Counted from the first letter of the stretch, positions 19,965 through 31,057 are shown. The stretch is DNA of 64,000 nucleotides from Candidatus Poribacteria bacterium (GCA_965222225.1 CBDCTK010000002.1:864001-928000), one strand, 5' to 3'. Notes: generated by a model from the sequence alone, not told the origin. Program-made: numbers and translations.

Positions 19965-21446
19965 ATGAGTACCAAGGGAACTTCCAGCGCGTTTGTGACA
20001 TCAGTAATCCTCCACATAATTGTCGCATTGGTTGCGGGTTTATACTTCTTGAGTCAGACCCAAGAATTCAAGAATCTAATAGGAGTGGATATTCTTCAGC
20101 CGAGTAAACCACGGACACCGCCAAGGCCGCCGCATATCGTCAAACCGCCAATTCAACCAACCGTGCGAGAACACAGCCCGGCAACCGAGGAATTGGTTCC
20201 AGCTGCGAAGAGAGAGGTAATAACCTCTCCACTGCGTCCCGGTGTCCAGCCGCAAGTTGCACAAGACATTGCACACCAGGTCATTAAGATTGCGGCACCA
20301 ATCCAACCAAACGTCCCGACAGTGGTGGCAACCAACACGCCGGTTCCACGTCCGGTCACGCAGATAAAATCATTCACTTCCGATGCTCCCGACGCACTAG
20401 AATCTTCCGCTCCAGTCGAAAGCGGCCTTCGTACGACGCTTGGCACCACGAGTCGTGGTGTCGCGGGCGTTAGTGTGCAACACACCGTCGGCTCGCCACG
20501 CATCCCCGGACTCTCCATGGTCGAGAGCGTCGGCGCTGCGCGCGAGGCAGAACTTCTAGCTGATGTTACCGGAAAAATCCGACTTGGCAATGTTGAAGTG
20601 CCGCCGCTACCCAGAGGCGAACCCGGAGGTGAGGTTGTCGGCACGGGGCGGGATATCCGAGGTGTGCTACGTTTCACTCGAATCCGGCACAATCTTTCCG
20701 ACTGGTGGGCTGATTCATCGTCTCTTAATGCTCTGACGAAATGGCTGAACGAACGCACGAATATCAAAGCGGACATGAATGTTGAAGGAGGGGCAATAAG
20801 ATTGACTGATGCCAACTTGCAAAGGAGTCCGCTCGTCTTCATGACAGGGCACGATCCCTCAATTGTGCGTTCTCACAATTTACTCGGTAGTCAGTACGGT
20901 GGCGGGAGATTAGACAATCGACTCTCTCCAGCGGAGGCGGCAGGGTTACGTCGATATCTGATTGAGAGCGGTGGTCTCATGGTATTTGACGACTGCGGTG
21001 TAAATGCTCCAGTGCAGGCTATGGTCCGTCTGTTTCTGGCTCAAATGCGATACGTTATGCCCGAGTATCAGATTGAACGCATTCCTAACGACCACGAAAT
21101 ATACAGCAACTACTATGAAATGGGTGGCCCGCCCGTTGGATTCGATATATTCTGGTGGGGAACGAGGCCGCAGAGACGGAATTTCCTTGAAGGGATATCG
21201 ATTGGGGACAAACTGTCTGTAATAGTCGTCAGGCGCGATTATATGTGCGCCATGGAAGCGGTCAGCCTACCGACTCGCTCGGTGCACTACTCTCCCGGCG
21301 TCTATCGGTTCATGACGAATGTCGTAGTCTACGCATTGACGCACGGCAACATAGCCGATCATAATAATTATGTGCCTCCGGACAGATTGGCGAAGCAACG
21401 TTTGCCGACTACAGCGCCGGAAACCGCCCGAGTTCTAAGCCGTTAA
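19965..21446 (+). CDS. Membrane-anchored Pro-rich protein with C-terminal DUF4159 domain
   Basis: GAGGAG SD, TonB-like anchor SVILH, Pro-rich linker, PLVFMTGH, LRRYL..GG.M.FDDC, IPNDHEIY, TNVVVYALTH. Confidence 0.8.
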   Translation: MSTKGTSSAFVTSVILHIIVALVAGLYFLSQTQEFKNLIGVDILQPSKPRTPPRPPHIVKPPIQPTVREHSPATEELVPAAKREVITSPLRPGVQPQVAQDIAHQVIKIAAPIQPNVPTVVATNTPVPRPVTQIKSFTSDAPDALESSAPVESGLRTTLGTTSRGVAGVSVQHTVGSPRIPGLSMVESVGAAREAELLADVTGKIRLGNVEVPPLPRGEPGGEVVGTGRDIRGVLRFTRIRHNLSDWWADSSSLNALTKWLNERTNIKADMNVEGGAIRLTDANLQRSPLVFMTGHDPSIVRSHNLLGSQYGGGRLDNRLSPAEAAGLRRYLIESGGLMVFDDCGVNAPVQAMVRLFLAQMRYVMPEYQIERIPNDHEIYSNYYEMGGPPVGFDIFWWGTRPQRRNFLEGISIGDKLSVIVVRRDYMCAMEAVSLPTRSVHYSPGVYRFMTNVVVYALTHGNIADHNNYVPPDRLAKQRLPTTAPETARVLSR

Positions 21447-21629
21447 TCAAGCTTGGCATCCCGTGACCGGCATGTTACGACATATCAAAGCTGTGGCGGC
21501 GAACATGTCGCCACAGCGACGATGCTACGCGACAAAAATTCGTGGATTACCTCGCGTAGCGGATAGTCAGCAAACTGTCTTGGCTCAGTTAAACCTCGGC
21601 AAAAAAACCGGACTTTGTGACTTCCTCGC

Positions 21630-22742
21630 TCACTTCGGCTCTACCGTATGGCTATGCAATGCCGCGTTCTTCACGCGCTCCAATACCGGCTTGTAAGGCG
21701 TTCCAGCCACTCGCGAGGGCGTGAACGTGCAGTCGTCATTCAGAACCAATTCTTGCTCCGTCAAATCTTGGCGGTAGAAAAACTGGCTTGGGAATAAGTC
21801 CCCTGGATACGTGAAATTGCTTAGTGTCCCTAATTCAACCAAAATCCCCGCGCCGATTCCGCTCTCCAACATACTCCCGACCCAGCACGGTATGCCGGCG
21901 TCCCGCGCCATGTCGTGCAGTTTGACTGTCACTGACAGACCGCCCACGCGACCGGTTTTTAGATTTAGTATCTGACAGGATTTCAACTTCAACGCCCATT
22001 CAAAGGTACGAATGGATGTAATGGATTCGTCCAAACACACAGGGGTTCCAATCTGCCTCTGTAATTCGGCATGGTCCAGCAAATCGGTGTGGAATAACGG
22101 CTGTTCAATCATAGCCAATCCTAGCTTGTCAACCTGCTTAAAAAAGTCAATGTCATCTAGCGAGTATCCTGAATTACAATCAATATGAAAGGTTTGCTGG
22201 GGAAAAGTGGCGCAAACTACCCGCAACATATCCAAATCCCAGTTGGGGCGAACTTTGAGTTTTACCCGTTTGAAGCCACTATCTACCGCACCTTGAATCT
22301 TTTCCAATAACATGTCGATTGAATCCTGTACCCCAAAGTCGGCGCCCGCTTCCACCTTTCTAAATTCGCCGCCGATTAGTTCGTGCAAGGGTTTGTTTTG
22401 AATGTTTGCTTGCAGCATCCACCACGCGATCTCCGGTCCCGCCTTTGCAAACGGGTTGCCTTTAATCCAACTGTAAGCACTCAACAGGTCTTCTGCGGTC
22501 TCAAATGACTTTCCCACTAACGCCGGGGCAATATATTCAACAATGTTATGGTATACTGACATCGCCGATTCAGGAGTATAGGCCGGGGCTTTCAACGGCG
22601 TCGTTTCGCCCCATCCCTCCTGTCCGTCCGATTCCATGCGTACGAGAACGGAATGAATGCTCGGATCCTCACCATAAGCGGTCCGCCAAGGATATACCAG
22701 AGGTAAACTGACATAGTAAACATCAATACGATCAATTTTCAT
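21630..22742 (-). CDS. menC: o-succinylbenzoate synthase / N-acylamino acid racemase (enolase superfamily)
   Basis: KLK, DCN, EQP, DES, WVGSMLESGIG motifs. No other men genes in the window, so a racemase role is plausible. Confidence 0.8.
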   Translation of the reverse strand: MKIDRIDVYYVSLPLVYPWRTAYGEDPSIHSVLVRMESDGQEGWGETTPLKAPAYTPESAMSVYHNIVEYIAPALVGKSFETAEDLLSAYSWIKGNPFAKAGPEIAWWMLQANIQNKPLHELIGGEFRKVEAGADFGVQDSIDMLLEKIQGAVDSGFKRVKLKVRPNWDLDMLRVVCATFPQQTFHIDCNSGYSLDDIDFFKQVDKLGLAMIEQPLFHTDLLDHAELQRQIGTPVCLDESITSIRTFEWALKLKSCQILNLKTGRVGGLSVTVKLHDMARDAGIPCWVGSMLESGIGAGILVELGTLSNFTYPGDLFPSQFFYRQDLTEQELVLNDDCTFTPSRVAGTPYKPVLERVKNAALHSHTVEPK

Positions 22743-22900
22743 TATCTTTCTCCATGAAAAATATTAGCGGACAACAAATGCTCGAGAGATGCAAGCGCTT
22801 TTGAACGATGGCCGAAAGTACGAGATTCGCTCAAATTCAACGTGCCTTCAAACTATGGCTAGTCTGACCTCTTGGCAATAGATACTCCATTGCTGGTAAT

Positions 22901-23947
22901 TCAATGGGGATGTGTTCCTATACCGAGCGAGTCAAGAATAAATAACAACGCGAGAATGACTGCCGTACCGATTGCCACCTGTAGAAACACCATCTTGCGA
23001 TTCGCGCCATGAATGACGTTAGGCAATACATCCACTGTTGCAACATAGAGCAAAGTACCCGCCGAGGCCAATACCGCAAGTCCTAGCCAGTACCTTTCCA
23101 ACCCGCCAAAGATACGCCAAGCGACGACTAACGCCATTGGTGTCGCCAGACTGAATACAGTCAATTCCTTCCAAGTGCGTTGAACACTTCCATGGGAATG
23201 TTGGCTAAACGCGGAAAGGCTAAATGCGGCAGGAATCTTATGCATGACTATCCCCAGCATAAGCGGCACCGTCAGTGAAATAGAGTTCGTCGTCAGCGCG
23301 GCTCCTACCGCCAGCCCATCAGTAAGTGCGTGGATACTCAGACCAATTACAATCGGCGTTGCCAATCCATTTCCCCGCGAGGGTGTGCTAGACGGATGAT
23401 GTATGTGGTCCGCCGCAGAGTCCTCATGGTGGTGCTCTTCATGCAAATCATGACCGAAGCCCAGTGATTCAACCACTAGCATCAACATAAATCCCAACAA
23501 GAGCGCTAGACCTGCCGCGTGGTGAGCACCGAAGCCAAATGCCTTATCCACTGTATGCTCTTGGTCCTGTTCGCGAAGGTCTTCTTCAGTCTCATGTTCT
23601 GCAACAGCTCGTACAAGCTGTGCATGTAGAGGCCGTGTTTCGCTCTCAGCTCCGGATACCATGTGGAATCCTTCCGGTAAAGCGACCAACAAGGCCGATG
23701 AAATCAAGAATCCCGCAGCAAGGCTGGTCGCCCAGCGTAGTAGGTTCTTGTGGGTACGTATTCCCAAGAGCGGGACGGCACCGGCCGCCATTGATGTTCC
23801 GAACATTGTCAACATGATAATGACAGTTAGACCAGTTGTTGAATCTGAAGATTTTCCTTCGACACTACATCCCATTAAAGTCATGAACAATAGTATTGAG
23901 AAAACCGTCGTATTAATTTTCACCAAATTACCCTGTAAGATTTTCAC
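22901..23947 (-). CDS. ZIP family metal transporter
   Basis: GLSIHALTDGLAVG, HKIPAAF, SAGTLLYVATVD; His-rich loop HDLHEEHHHEDSAADHIHHP. Confidence 0.9.
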   Translation of the reverse strand: MKILQGNLVKINTTVFSILLFMTLMGCSVEGKSSDSTTGLTVIIMLTMFGTSMAAGAVPLLGIRTHKNLLRWATSLAAGFLISSALLVALPEGFHMVSGAESETRPLHAQLVRAVAEHETEEDLREQDQEHTVDKAFGFGAHHAAGLALLLGFMLMLVVESLGFGHDLHEEHHHEDSAADHIHHPSSTPSRGNGLATPIVIGLSIHALTDGLAVGAALTTNSISLTVPLMLGIVMHKIPAAFSLSAFSQHSHGSVQRTWKELTVFSLATPMALVVAWRIFGGLERYWLGLAVLASAGTLLYVATVDVLPNVIHGANRKMVFLQVAIGTAVILALLFILDSLGIGTHPH

Positions 23948-23963
23948 AATTTCATTAAGAAAT

Positions 23964-26341
23964 CTAACTACCTAATCGACTCCGGTACTGCAACAAGCGC
24001 AACGAGTTTAGAACAACGAGAATCGTACTACCTTCGTGAAGTATGATGGCAATGCCGATTGTTGCTATACCGAAAACTGCTGAGATGACTAGCCCACCAA
24101 TAACCGCCAGCGCGATGTATAAGTTCTGTGAAATGATTCTCCGTGTAGCGCGACCAAGCCCTATTGCAAACGGGAGTTTCGACAGATCGTCAGCCATTAG
24201 TGCAGCGTCGGCTGTTTCAAGAGCCAGATCCGTCCCGGCACCACCCATCGCAATGCCAATCGTGGCATGGGAAAGCGCCGGCGCATCATTAATGCCATCC
24301 CCAACCATTACAATTTTATCATGAGAACTCAAGAGTTTACGAATGCTGGCTACTTTGTCTTCTGGGAGCAGATTCGCTTTATAATCTGTCACGCCTGCCT
24401 TCTGGGCAATATGGGAAGCAACTCGTGGATTATCACCCGTTAGCATAACGGTATGCTTGACCCCTATCTGTTTGAGTTGTGCAACCACGGTCTTCATTTC
24501 TGGACGCATCGTGTCTGCAACTGCAATCACGCCCACGGGCTGTCGACCAACGGCAACCAGCATGATGGTTTTGCCCTGTTCTTCGAGCTTCGCGATTTGT
24601 GCCTGGAGTGACGCTTGTAATTGTACGTGTGCTTCACGATACAATTTCAGATTGCCAACCCAAACAGTCGTACCTGAAACTTCCGCTTTAATTCCTCGTC
24701 CTGTCATTGATTCTACTTCTTCTGCTTCCGGTAACCTGAGACCTTTCCTCGTGGCAATGTCCACAATGGCATGAGCAATCGGGTGGGCAGATCGACTCTC
24801 TACCGCTGCAGCCATTCCCAACCAATAATTAACATCCATTTCGCCAATTGGAATGATGTCCGTGACTACGGGTTTGCCGATGGTAATGGTGCCGGTTTTG
24901 TCGAAAGCAACAGCTTGCACGTCCCCTAAATTTTCAAGGTGAATGCCGCCCTTTATCAGAATGCCGTTCCGAGCCGCTTGGGCGATGCCAGCGAGAACCG
25001 CCGAAGGTGGGCCAAGTGCAAGCGCGCAGGGAGAAGCCGCCACCAATAATACCATGCCCCGTAGGAGTGAATCACTGAATGGAACACCTAACAACAGAAG
25101 AAGCAAAACCATGAGAATATCGCCGATGAAAATTAATGGGACAAAGACCTGCGAAAACCTCTCGGTTATCCGCTGCGTGCTCGACTTCTGGGTTTGTGCT
25201 TCCTCAACCATTGACACCACCCGAGCTAACATGGTGTCGTCTGAAAGACGTGTTACCCGAACTTCCAAACTCCCATCTCCATTGATACTTCCTGCGAATA
25301 CAGGAGAATCTGGTGCTTTATCCACCGGCACAGACTCACCAGTTATGGCGGATTCATTCACGGCGGATCTGCCGGCGATCACGTCACCATCAACAGGAAT
25401 GCGCATTCCAGGTTTCACAATTACCACAACCCCGGTTTTCAGGTCATCTACGGCTCGTTCCGATTCTCCGTCCGTATTTTTCACTATCGCCGTTTTTGGC
25501 GCCAATTCGGCCAAGTTGCCAATCGCCTTACGTGCTTTATCAAGTGCCCGTTCTTCCAATACATGCCCAAATCTGAACAGACACAGTAACAGCGCTCCCT
25601 CGCTAAACTTACCCAAAAAAGCCGCACCAATCGCTCCCACCACCATTAACAGGTCTATATCAAAACGTCCTGCGCATATTGATTTGATAGCGCGGTGAGT
25701 CGTATCAAGGCCTCCGAACACATAAGCAATCAGGTAGAGGAATAGACTTACCGTGCTTACATTGTAAAAAACGCCAAGGGGAAATGGAAACTTAAAGATG
25801 CGTTCTCCGGCCCAACCAATTAACAGGCATAATCCACATAAAAGACTGACAATTAGCTCGCGGTTCTCTGCGTACCAAGAACCTACACCCTCGGCCGGCA
25901 CTTGATAACCGAGTTGCTTAACCAGCTTTTCAATCCGTTCCCTATCGACAAAGCAGGAATCGTATTCGACCCACATGTTTTTGGCTACGAAGCGGACATT
26001 GACCCGTAGCACACCGTTCATCTGTTTTACACTTTGTTGAATAGTTGCGACACAATCAGCACAATGCATTCCCTTAAGTGGGATTAAATCATGACGGTAG
26101 CGTTCGGTCACTTTCATTCCTGCCCGCTCAGCAGCCTGTCTAGCCCGATCTCTGATAACACATCCGGCTGATAGTGTAAACACAATTGGGCGTTGCCACT
26201 TTGTTCCAGATGTGCGTCACTTATACCTGGGCGATCCTCTAGGGAAGATATTAAACGTTTAACGCATCCATCCTTTTCGTCTTTGATGCCGGACAAGAGT
26301 GATTTGATTTCAAGTTTGAGCGTTTTTTCAGTCATTGTCAA
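23964..26341 (-). CDS. Heavy-metal P1B-type ATPase (P1B-4-like), N-terminus separated by a 1-nt frameshift near 26150
   Basis: GMHCADC HMA domain, TGES, SPC, DKTGT, HP, GDGINDAP, HEGST. ORF 26114-26341 supplies the missing N-terminus (LCLHYQPDVLS joins DRARQAAERAG). Confidence 0.9.
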
Positions 26342-26875
26342 ACGTTTGGCTTAACGTGAGCCGAATAAGCAATATAGTATGTTTGCCCCGCGCCAAAGTC
26401 AAGAGAATTGCTGATAAGCGCAACCGTAAACAGGGACCGACATGAATGCTGAAAGCTCTGTCAGTCTGCACTTATAGTCATTTATATTCATATTTACACA
26501 GATTTGTAGGAGCGATCTCCCGATCGCGATTCCCGTCGCGAGTAACGCTCGCTCCGACAGATTGCGCGCAATAAATTGCGCCACTCTAAACCGAACTGCG
26601 TAAATCCTATATGTATAATTTTTAGTTGTAATGACTTATAGTCAATTACCTGTTTTGTGTCAATATGATTGTGTTCATTGGACTGCTCCGTGTGAAGAGA
26701 ATCCCCGCTAACCGGCAAAAGGTTACAGCTTGGTTGTCGTGTAAGTAACAGCGTGGCTCTCATTTTTGCTTGCAATCGCATCTCGCATTTGCCATAATTA
26801 CGCAACTTTGGCGCAATACAGTTGCAATTATATTGATAACGGATTTATGAAAGGTTTTCTCGCGAAAAAGTAGAA

Positions 26876-27646
26876 ATGTTCACCTACGACTATCATATCC
26901 ACACGAGGCTTTCCCCGTGCGCCGATAAGCATTTTAGCATTGATAAGATCATCCAGATTCAACAGACCCGCGGGTTGGAGGAAATCGGGATTACCGACCA
27001 CGATTTTAGCTACGGCTCGCGAACCAAAAACATTGATCGAGCGCGCAAAGCGATTGATGAATGCGATACGTCAATCTCAGTCCGGTTTGGCGCGGAGTCA
27101 CACATGCTCGAATACCGTGTCCCGTCAATTGATATACGCTTTGCAGCATACTTTGATTATATCTTGATGGCGCCAAATCACTATCATTTTCGCGGGGTGG
27201 CTCGCCCAACCCAACTGCTGGATCCGAAGAAGGTAGCCGTGCACGAGTTGTACATGTTTGAAGCCGCGGTTGCCTGCCCGATAACGGATGTCGTGGCGCA
27301 CCCGTTTGTTCTGTCGCCCGAGGTTTTTGGCTTTTCCAAAGAGGAATTCTCAGCCTTCGGGAGCGAAATGATGGGGCATATCGATCAGAAGCGGTTGATT
27401 AATCAACTCGACATGGCATCACAGCGCGGGATCGGCATTGAGATTAGCCCCAAATTCATCAAATACAATCAGAGACATCTCGTGGAGTTTTATCAGATGT
27501 GTCTAGATCGGGAGGTACTGTTGATGATTGGCAGCGACGCACACAACGCCGAGCAGTTGGAAGAGCTGGCGTTGCTTGGACCCGTGCTTGAGGAGTTGGG
27601 GGTTTCGGAGGAGCACCTGTGGCGACCGAAGGAGTGGCATTGGTAG
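26876..27646 (+). CDS. PHP domain metallo-phosphoesterase
   Basis: DYHIHT, ITDH, VAHP, GSDAH motifs. Confidence 0.9.
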   Translation: MFTYDYHIHTRLSPCADKHFSIDKIIQIQQTRGLEEIGITDHDFSYGSRTKNIDRARKAIDECDTSISVRFGAESHMLEYRVPSIDIRFAAYFDYILMAPNHYHFRGVARPTQLLDPKKVAVHELYMFEAAVACPITDVVAHPFVLSPEVFGFSKEEFSAFGSEMMGHIDQKRLINQLDMASQRGIGIEISPKFIKYNQRHLVEFYQMCLDREVLLMIGSDAHNAEQLEELALLGPVLEELGVSEEHLWRPKEWHW

Positions 27647-27741
27647 GTTGGATGAACTTCAAACAAGTGGTGGTAGGTAGAAATGCGGTGGATGTCTCCA
27701 GTGCAAAAAACCATGTCAGAATTGAATCAATCAATGTCTCG

Positions 27742-29244
27742 CTATATATAGTATTTGAAATTTGGTTTACAATCGGAAACAATAGGATTCGAAATCAAAA
27801 TTTCTCCGACCGCGTCTGAAAAACCTACGGTAACAGGCTGAGAATTCCCAAGGTGGCACGCATTGTAGTTCAGTTTTGTTAAACCATAAATATCTTGGGC
27901 AACTCTTTCTATCAGAGCATCTCCGTGCTGAATATCAATGCGTAATGGCACAGGTGTTTCCCACCCGTCGTAGGTCGCAATTCGAGGTTTGAATCCACTA
28001 CCCCATAGGTATCCTGCCCGATTATTAACTCGCCAGAAGGTGCCTCTCAGAATTGGCATCTTGCCAGTGCGAAATAATCGCGGCCCGTATCGTTCCGGGC
28101 GGACCCTTACCCCAATAAGTTTAGCACTCTTGGGGCAAGCTCTTTGGTAGCCAGAAAACTCGTGATGACCAATGGTGGATCGTGAATGTAAGAAGATCTC
28201 GCGAAGTGGCTTACCACCAAGGTCCTCGTAAGTCTTTAGGACCCCACGCAAGAGGTTATATGCAGCAGTATCATTTAGATGATACTGATTAGTTTCCGAT
28301 GAATACCACGGTCCATATTGTCCAAGGAATACCACACCGTCTCCTGTATTGAGAAACATCTGGGCTGCACAACAGGCAGTTTCCTCTTCGTCTAATGTAT
28401 CATTTCGACGAAAGGCAATGCCGATGTAACAGACACCGTCGCGCGCAGTCACAAGCCTCCAAGGTTTACCGCCACATTTGTAATAAAGCGCAGTGCCAAG
28501 GTTCCACATACGGTCCGATAGCGGAGTGAGCGAGCGTCCCCCGCGCGAGTCATCGTCTTTCAAACACATTGTGGATTCCCGCACAATTTGCAAAGGGATT
28601 TCGTACTGCATGGAAAGTGCTTTCAACTGCCGCCGAAAATCGGGCGCCAATCGATACTGCTGTCGATCGAAATCATCCAAAAACTCAAGTTGCCCTGCCC
28701 TTCTCATTTGTATTGTTTGTGAAATACCAGCTTGACTAATAGGACTTGCCACGTCGGACTCTGGCCGACAATTCCGCCAAACCTCATCTGGGACTACGCA
28801 GATAGCCACGCCAATATTCTCATCAAGTTTGCTCGCCTTTTCCAACTGTTGAAGGTAAAAATTGACGGTTTTAAACGTACGCTCGTATTTATCAGGATGA
28901 CGAGAGGCCTCAATGAGTTGGGCCGCACCAATTGGATAAGACCAGACTGGCTTACTAGGCCAATGCGAGCAGAATGTAGCCTCAAACCCGGGAAATGGAG
29001 GCCAGAGCCGCAGGTTTGCTTTTCGAGCGAAGGTGGCAGGATTGTTCATAATCTCTGACCAAGCTTTGAACTTGGTGATTCCTGGGCCAGTTCCAATAAC
29101 GATGTAGGATAGTGTCCCTGGTCTTGACGGACCATCTGCGTCAAAAGGTCCGAACAGAGCTAGGCCATCACGGGGATCTATAGTCCGTTGGTGGTAGCGG
29201 AATTCCAATTCTGGTTCATCAAACACTATGATTGATTCGGTCAT
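27742..29244 (-). CDS. ago: Short prokaryotic Argonaute (MID-PIWI, catalytically inactive, SPARTA-like clade)
   Basis: Start ATG 29244 gives 500 aa. EPELEF..DPRDGLALFGP, FRRQLKA, QIVRES, YYKCGGKPWRL, CCAAQMFL..GDG.VF, LTKLNYNAC, C-terminal FKYYI. Tetrad positions are GIAF and LHSR instead of Asp. Confidence 0.95.
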   Translation of the reverse strand: MTESIIVFDEPELEFRYHQRTIDPRDGLALFGPFDADGPSRPGTLSYIVIGTGPGITKFKAWSEIMNNPATFARKANLRLWPPFPGFEATFCSHWPSKPVWSYPIGAAQLIEASRHPDKYERTFKTVNFYLQQLEKASKLDENIGVAICVVPDEVWRNCRPESDVASPISQAGISQTIQMRRAGQLEFLDDFDRQQYRLAPDFRRQLKALSMQYEIPLQIVRESTMCLKDDDSRGGRSLTPLSDRMWNLGTALYYKCGGKPWRLVTARDGVCYIGIAFRRNDTLDEEETACCAAQMFLNTGDGVVFLGQYGPWYSSETNQYHLNDTAAYNLLRGVLKTYEDLGGKPLREIFLHSRSTIGHHEFSGYQRACPKSAKLIGVRVRPERYGPRLFRTGKMPILRGTFWRVNNRAGYLWGSGFKPRIATYDGWETPVPLRIDIQHGDALIERVAQDIYGLTKLNYNACHLGNSQPVTVGFSDAVGEILISNPIVSDCKPNFKYYI

Positions 29245-29254
29245 CGTCAATATC

Positions 29255-31057
29255 TTAATCAAAATGCTCATCATCGTAGTTTCTAAGCAGTTCTGAGCGT
29301 TCGTGACTAAGCGCATCAAGAGCCGCTTCGTTAATCCCAATTGGACAATACACACGCATCGGAGTTGAATTTACGATTATTTGCGCGTCTTGCAGTCCGC
29401 CAATGTTTATCTTTTGTTCATCTTTTTCGTCAGCAAGGAACTGAACTACAGCCAATACGCGGTTAAGCCAGTCGTTATTCCACCAGTTCTTGCATAGGTG
29501 TTTTCGTCTTGAATCGATTGTACGTTTATCGTTGAAGGGGTTTCCGTCTTTGTTTGAAAGACGAACTTTTATGCGAATAAGGACCGTGAAATTATTGATA
29601 AGATCTCGGCGGACAAAAAAGGTTGGCGACAGAGAATATAAGTATTCATGGCCGGACTGATGTTTTCTTTTTCCAGTAGCAGTTATATAGGTCTTTGTAC
29701 CATCAGGTCGATTAAAGTTAAGTCGATTGTTCTCCACGAGATTCTCAGGAAAGTAGGGTTGTTCCATTTTAGGACAGTATTGCAGTTTTTTCTGATAACA
29801 CTTCACTATTAGGGCTTTTCGGATAAGCTCCGATACGAGATCAAGGGACCAAATGCTATATATATTCTTAACTGCCGACCACAGTGAACCCCCATTTTCG
29901 ATTATATTGTATTTCTCGAAAACTGATACGGGCGGCCTATGAAAACTCAGAAATGTATGTCGATCGATTTTTCGATAACTCCACTCGCGCTCAAGTTCAT
30001 TAAGATTCTCTCTTGGGATTGGATTCTGCGTTTTGAAGCAATAAATGACCTCTGGTATCTGCTGAACTTGCAAACAGTTAGAAGAAATGGTTTCTTTTTG
30101 ATCGGAGAGGATGTCTTTTTGTAAGAAGGCTTCTGCGGCAACTCGCTGGCCTTCATATAATAATCGTGGACACTCAATAGATCTCAGCTTTTTCAGTAAT
30201 TGATTTAGACCTTCACCCCAATCAAGTTTAAATGGGATGAACATCAATGTTCTCGTTACCTGGTCCAACTGTGGAACGCTTACGCCATCAACATTTAAGG
30301 GGATTAGGAAATCTTCAACACGTTCATTAGCTATGTTGAGTGCGAGTGTTCTTTGACGCATTACTTCTGGATTTTTGAGCGATGCTTGTGAATACAAACC
30401 GAGAAACCGAAAGGTTCGATTCTTAATTGCCTCGTCGACAGCCTTGGGGTAAGTCTCACCCCCTAGCAACTTGAACCGCTCACACCATACAAGGTAGCCC
30501 TCAGCGGTGAGTTTGCGAGTCAGCCAATCGGCAAGTGCTGCATCTTCAGGAACACAGCTAATGAAAATGTGATCTCGCTCTGTTGAAGCGCTGATTCTGT
30601 CTTGAATCGCAAGGAATTCTGGCGGAAAGAGTCCTGGGTGATGTTTCTTGATCTGCGGATAACTCACGTCAAGTAGGATCCGCAGACGTTCAACACCAAA
30701 GAGTTCAAATTGCCAACCGAATTTTTTGTAAATGTACGCTATCGCCTCATCTCGTTGATGCGCTGTCAATTTAGCTGTTGTGACAAAAATCAGCCGGCTA
30801 CACGCGTGGCCATGTTTATACACCTTCTCTGCATCTTCAACGAGTTTCGCTCTCCAATCTTCACGGACGCTATAGGCAAAAATCGTAGTCTCATTAGACT
30901 TATTGATATGAATTGCGTCTCGTCCTTTATCACTAAAACCACCAAGGGGTTCAATGGATTTGTAACCTTCTAGTGACATCAAGTCATGGCAAAGTCGCTC
31001 AAATTCAAAATAATCTGTGATTGCTTCAAGACAATAGATTGTGGGGTCTGCTGCCAT
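29255..31057 (-). CDS. REase(Mrr-like)-TIR-APAZ partner of short pAgo
   Basis: aa 1-145: FEFERLC..GG.SDKGRD..FAYS..DW..K. aa 161-298: TIR (HIFIS..ED..LADWL..KL..EGY.VWC..LLGGE, FLIPL, W.EGL.QLL). C-terminal APAZ ending SRRKHLCKNWWNNDWLNR. Stop lies 10 nt before the ago ATG. Confidence 0.9.
   Translation of the reverse strand: MAADPTIYCLEAITDYFEFERLCHDLMSLEGYKSIEPLGGFSDKGRDAIHINKSNETTIFAYSVREDWRAKLVEDAEKVYKHGHACSRLIFVTTAKLTAHQRDEAIAYIYKKFGWQFELFGVERLRILLDVSYPQIKKHHPGLFPPEFLAIQDRISASTERDHIFISCVPEDAALADWLTRKLTAEGYLVWCERFKLLGGETYPKAVDEAIKNRTFRFLGLYSQASLKNPEVMRQRTLALNIANERVEDFLIPLNVDGVSVPQLDQVTRTLMFIPFKLDWGEGLNQLLKKLRSIECPRLLYEGQRVAAEAFLQKDILSDQKETISSNCLQVQQIPEVIYCFKTQNPIPRENLNELEREWSYRKIDRHTFLSFHRPPVSVFEKYNIIENGGSLWSAVKNIYSIWSLDLVSELIRKALIVKCYQKKLQYCPKMEQPYFPENLVENNRLNFNRPDGTKTYITATGKRKHQSGHEYLYSLSPTFFVRRDLINNFTVLIRIKVRLSNKDGNPFNDKRTIDSRRKHLCKNWWNNDWLNRVLAVVQFLADEKDEQKINIGGLQDAQIIVNSTPMRVYCPIGINEAALDALSHERSELLRNYDDEHFD

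Noticed and set aside
24943-25698. 251-aa plus-strand ORF, and similar ones at 20153-20842, 17201-17812 and 49637-50248
   Set aside because: They lie antisense to well-supported genes and have no family motifs.
26140-26160. CopA-like programmed frameshift releasing a metal chaperone
   Set aside because: No slippery heptamer or hairpin at the junction; error or mutation is more likely.
26876-27646. PHP gene as part of the Argonaute system (Ppl-like)
   Set aside because: Convergent orientation, no fused ATPase, and composition like the flanking host genes.
29245-29355. 37-aa N-terminal extension of the Argonaute in the ORF track
   Set aside because: Overlaps the APAZ gene end; family similarity starts at MTESIIVFDEP (ATG 29244).
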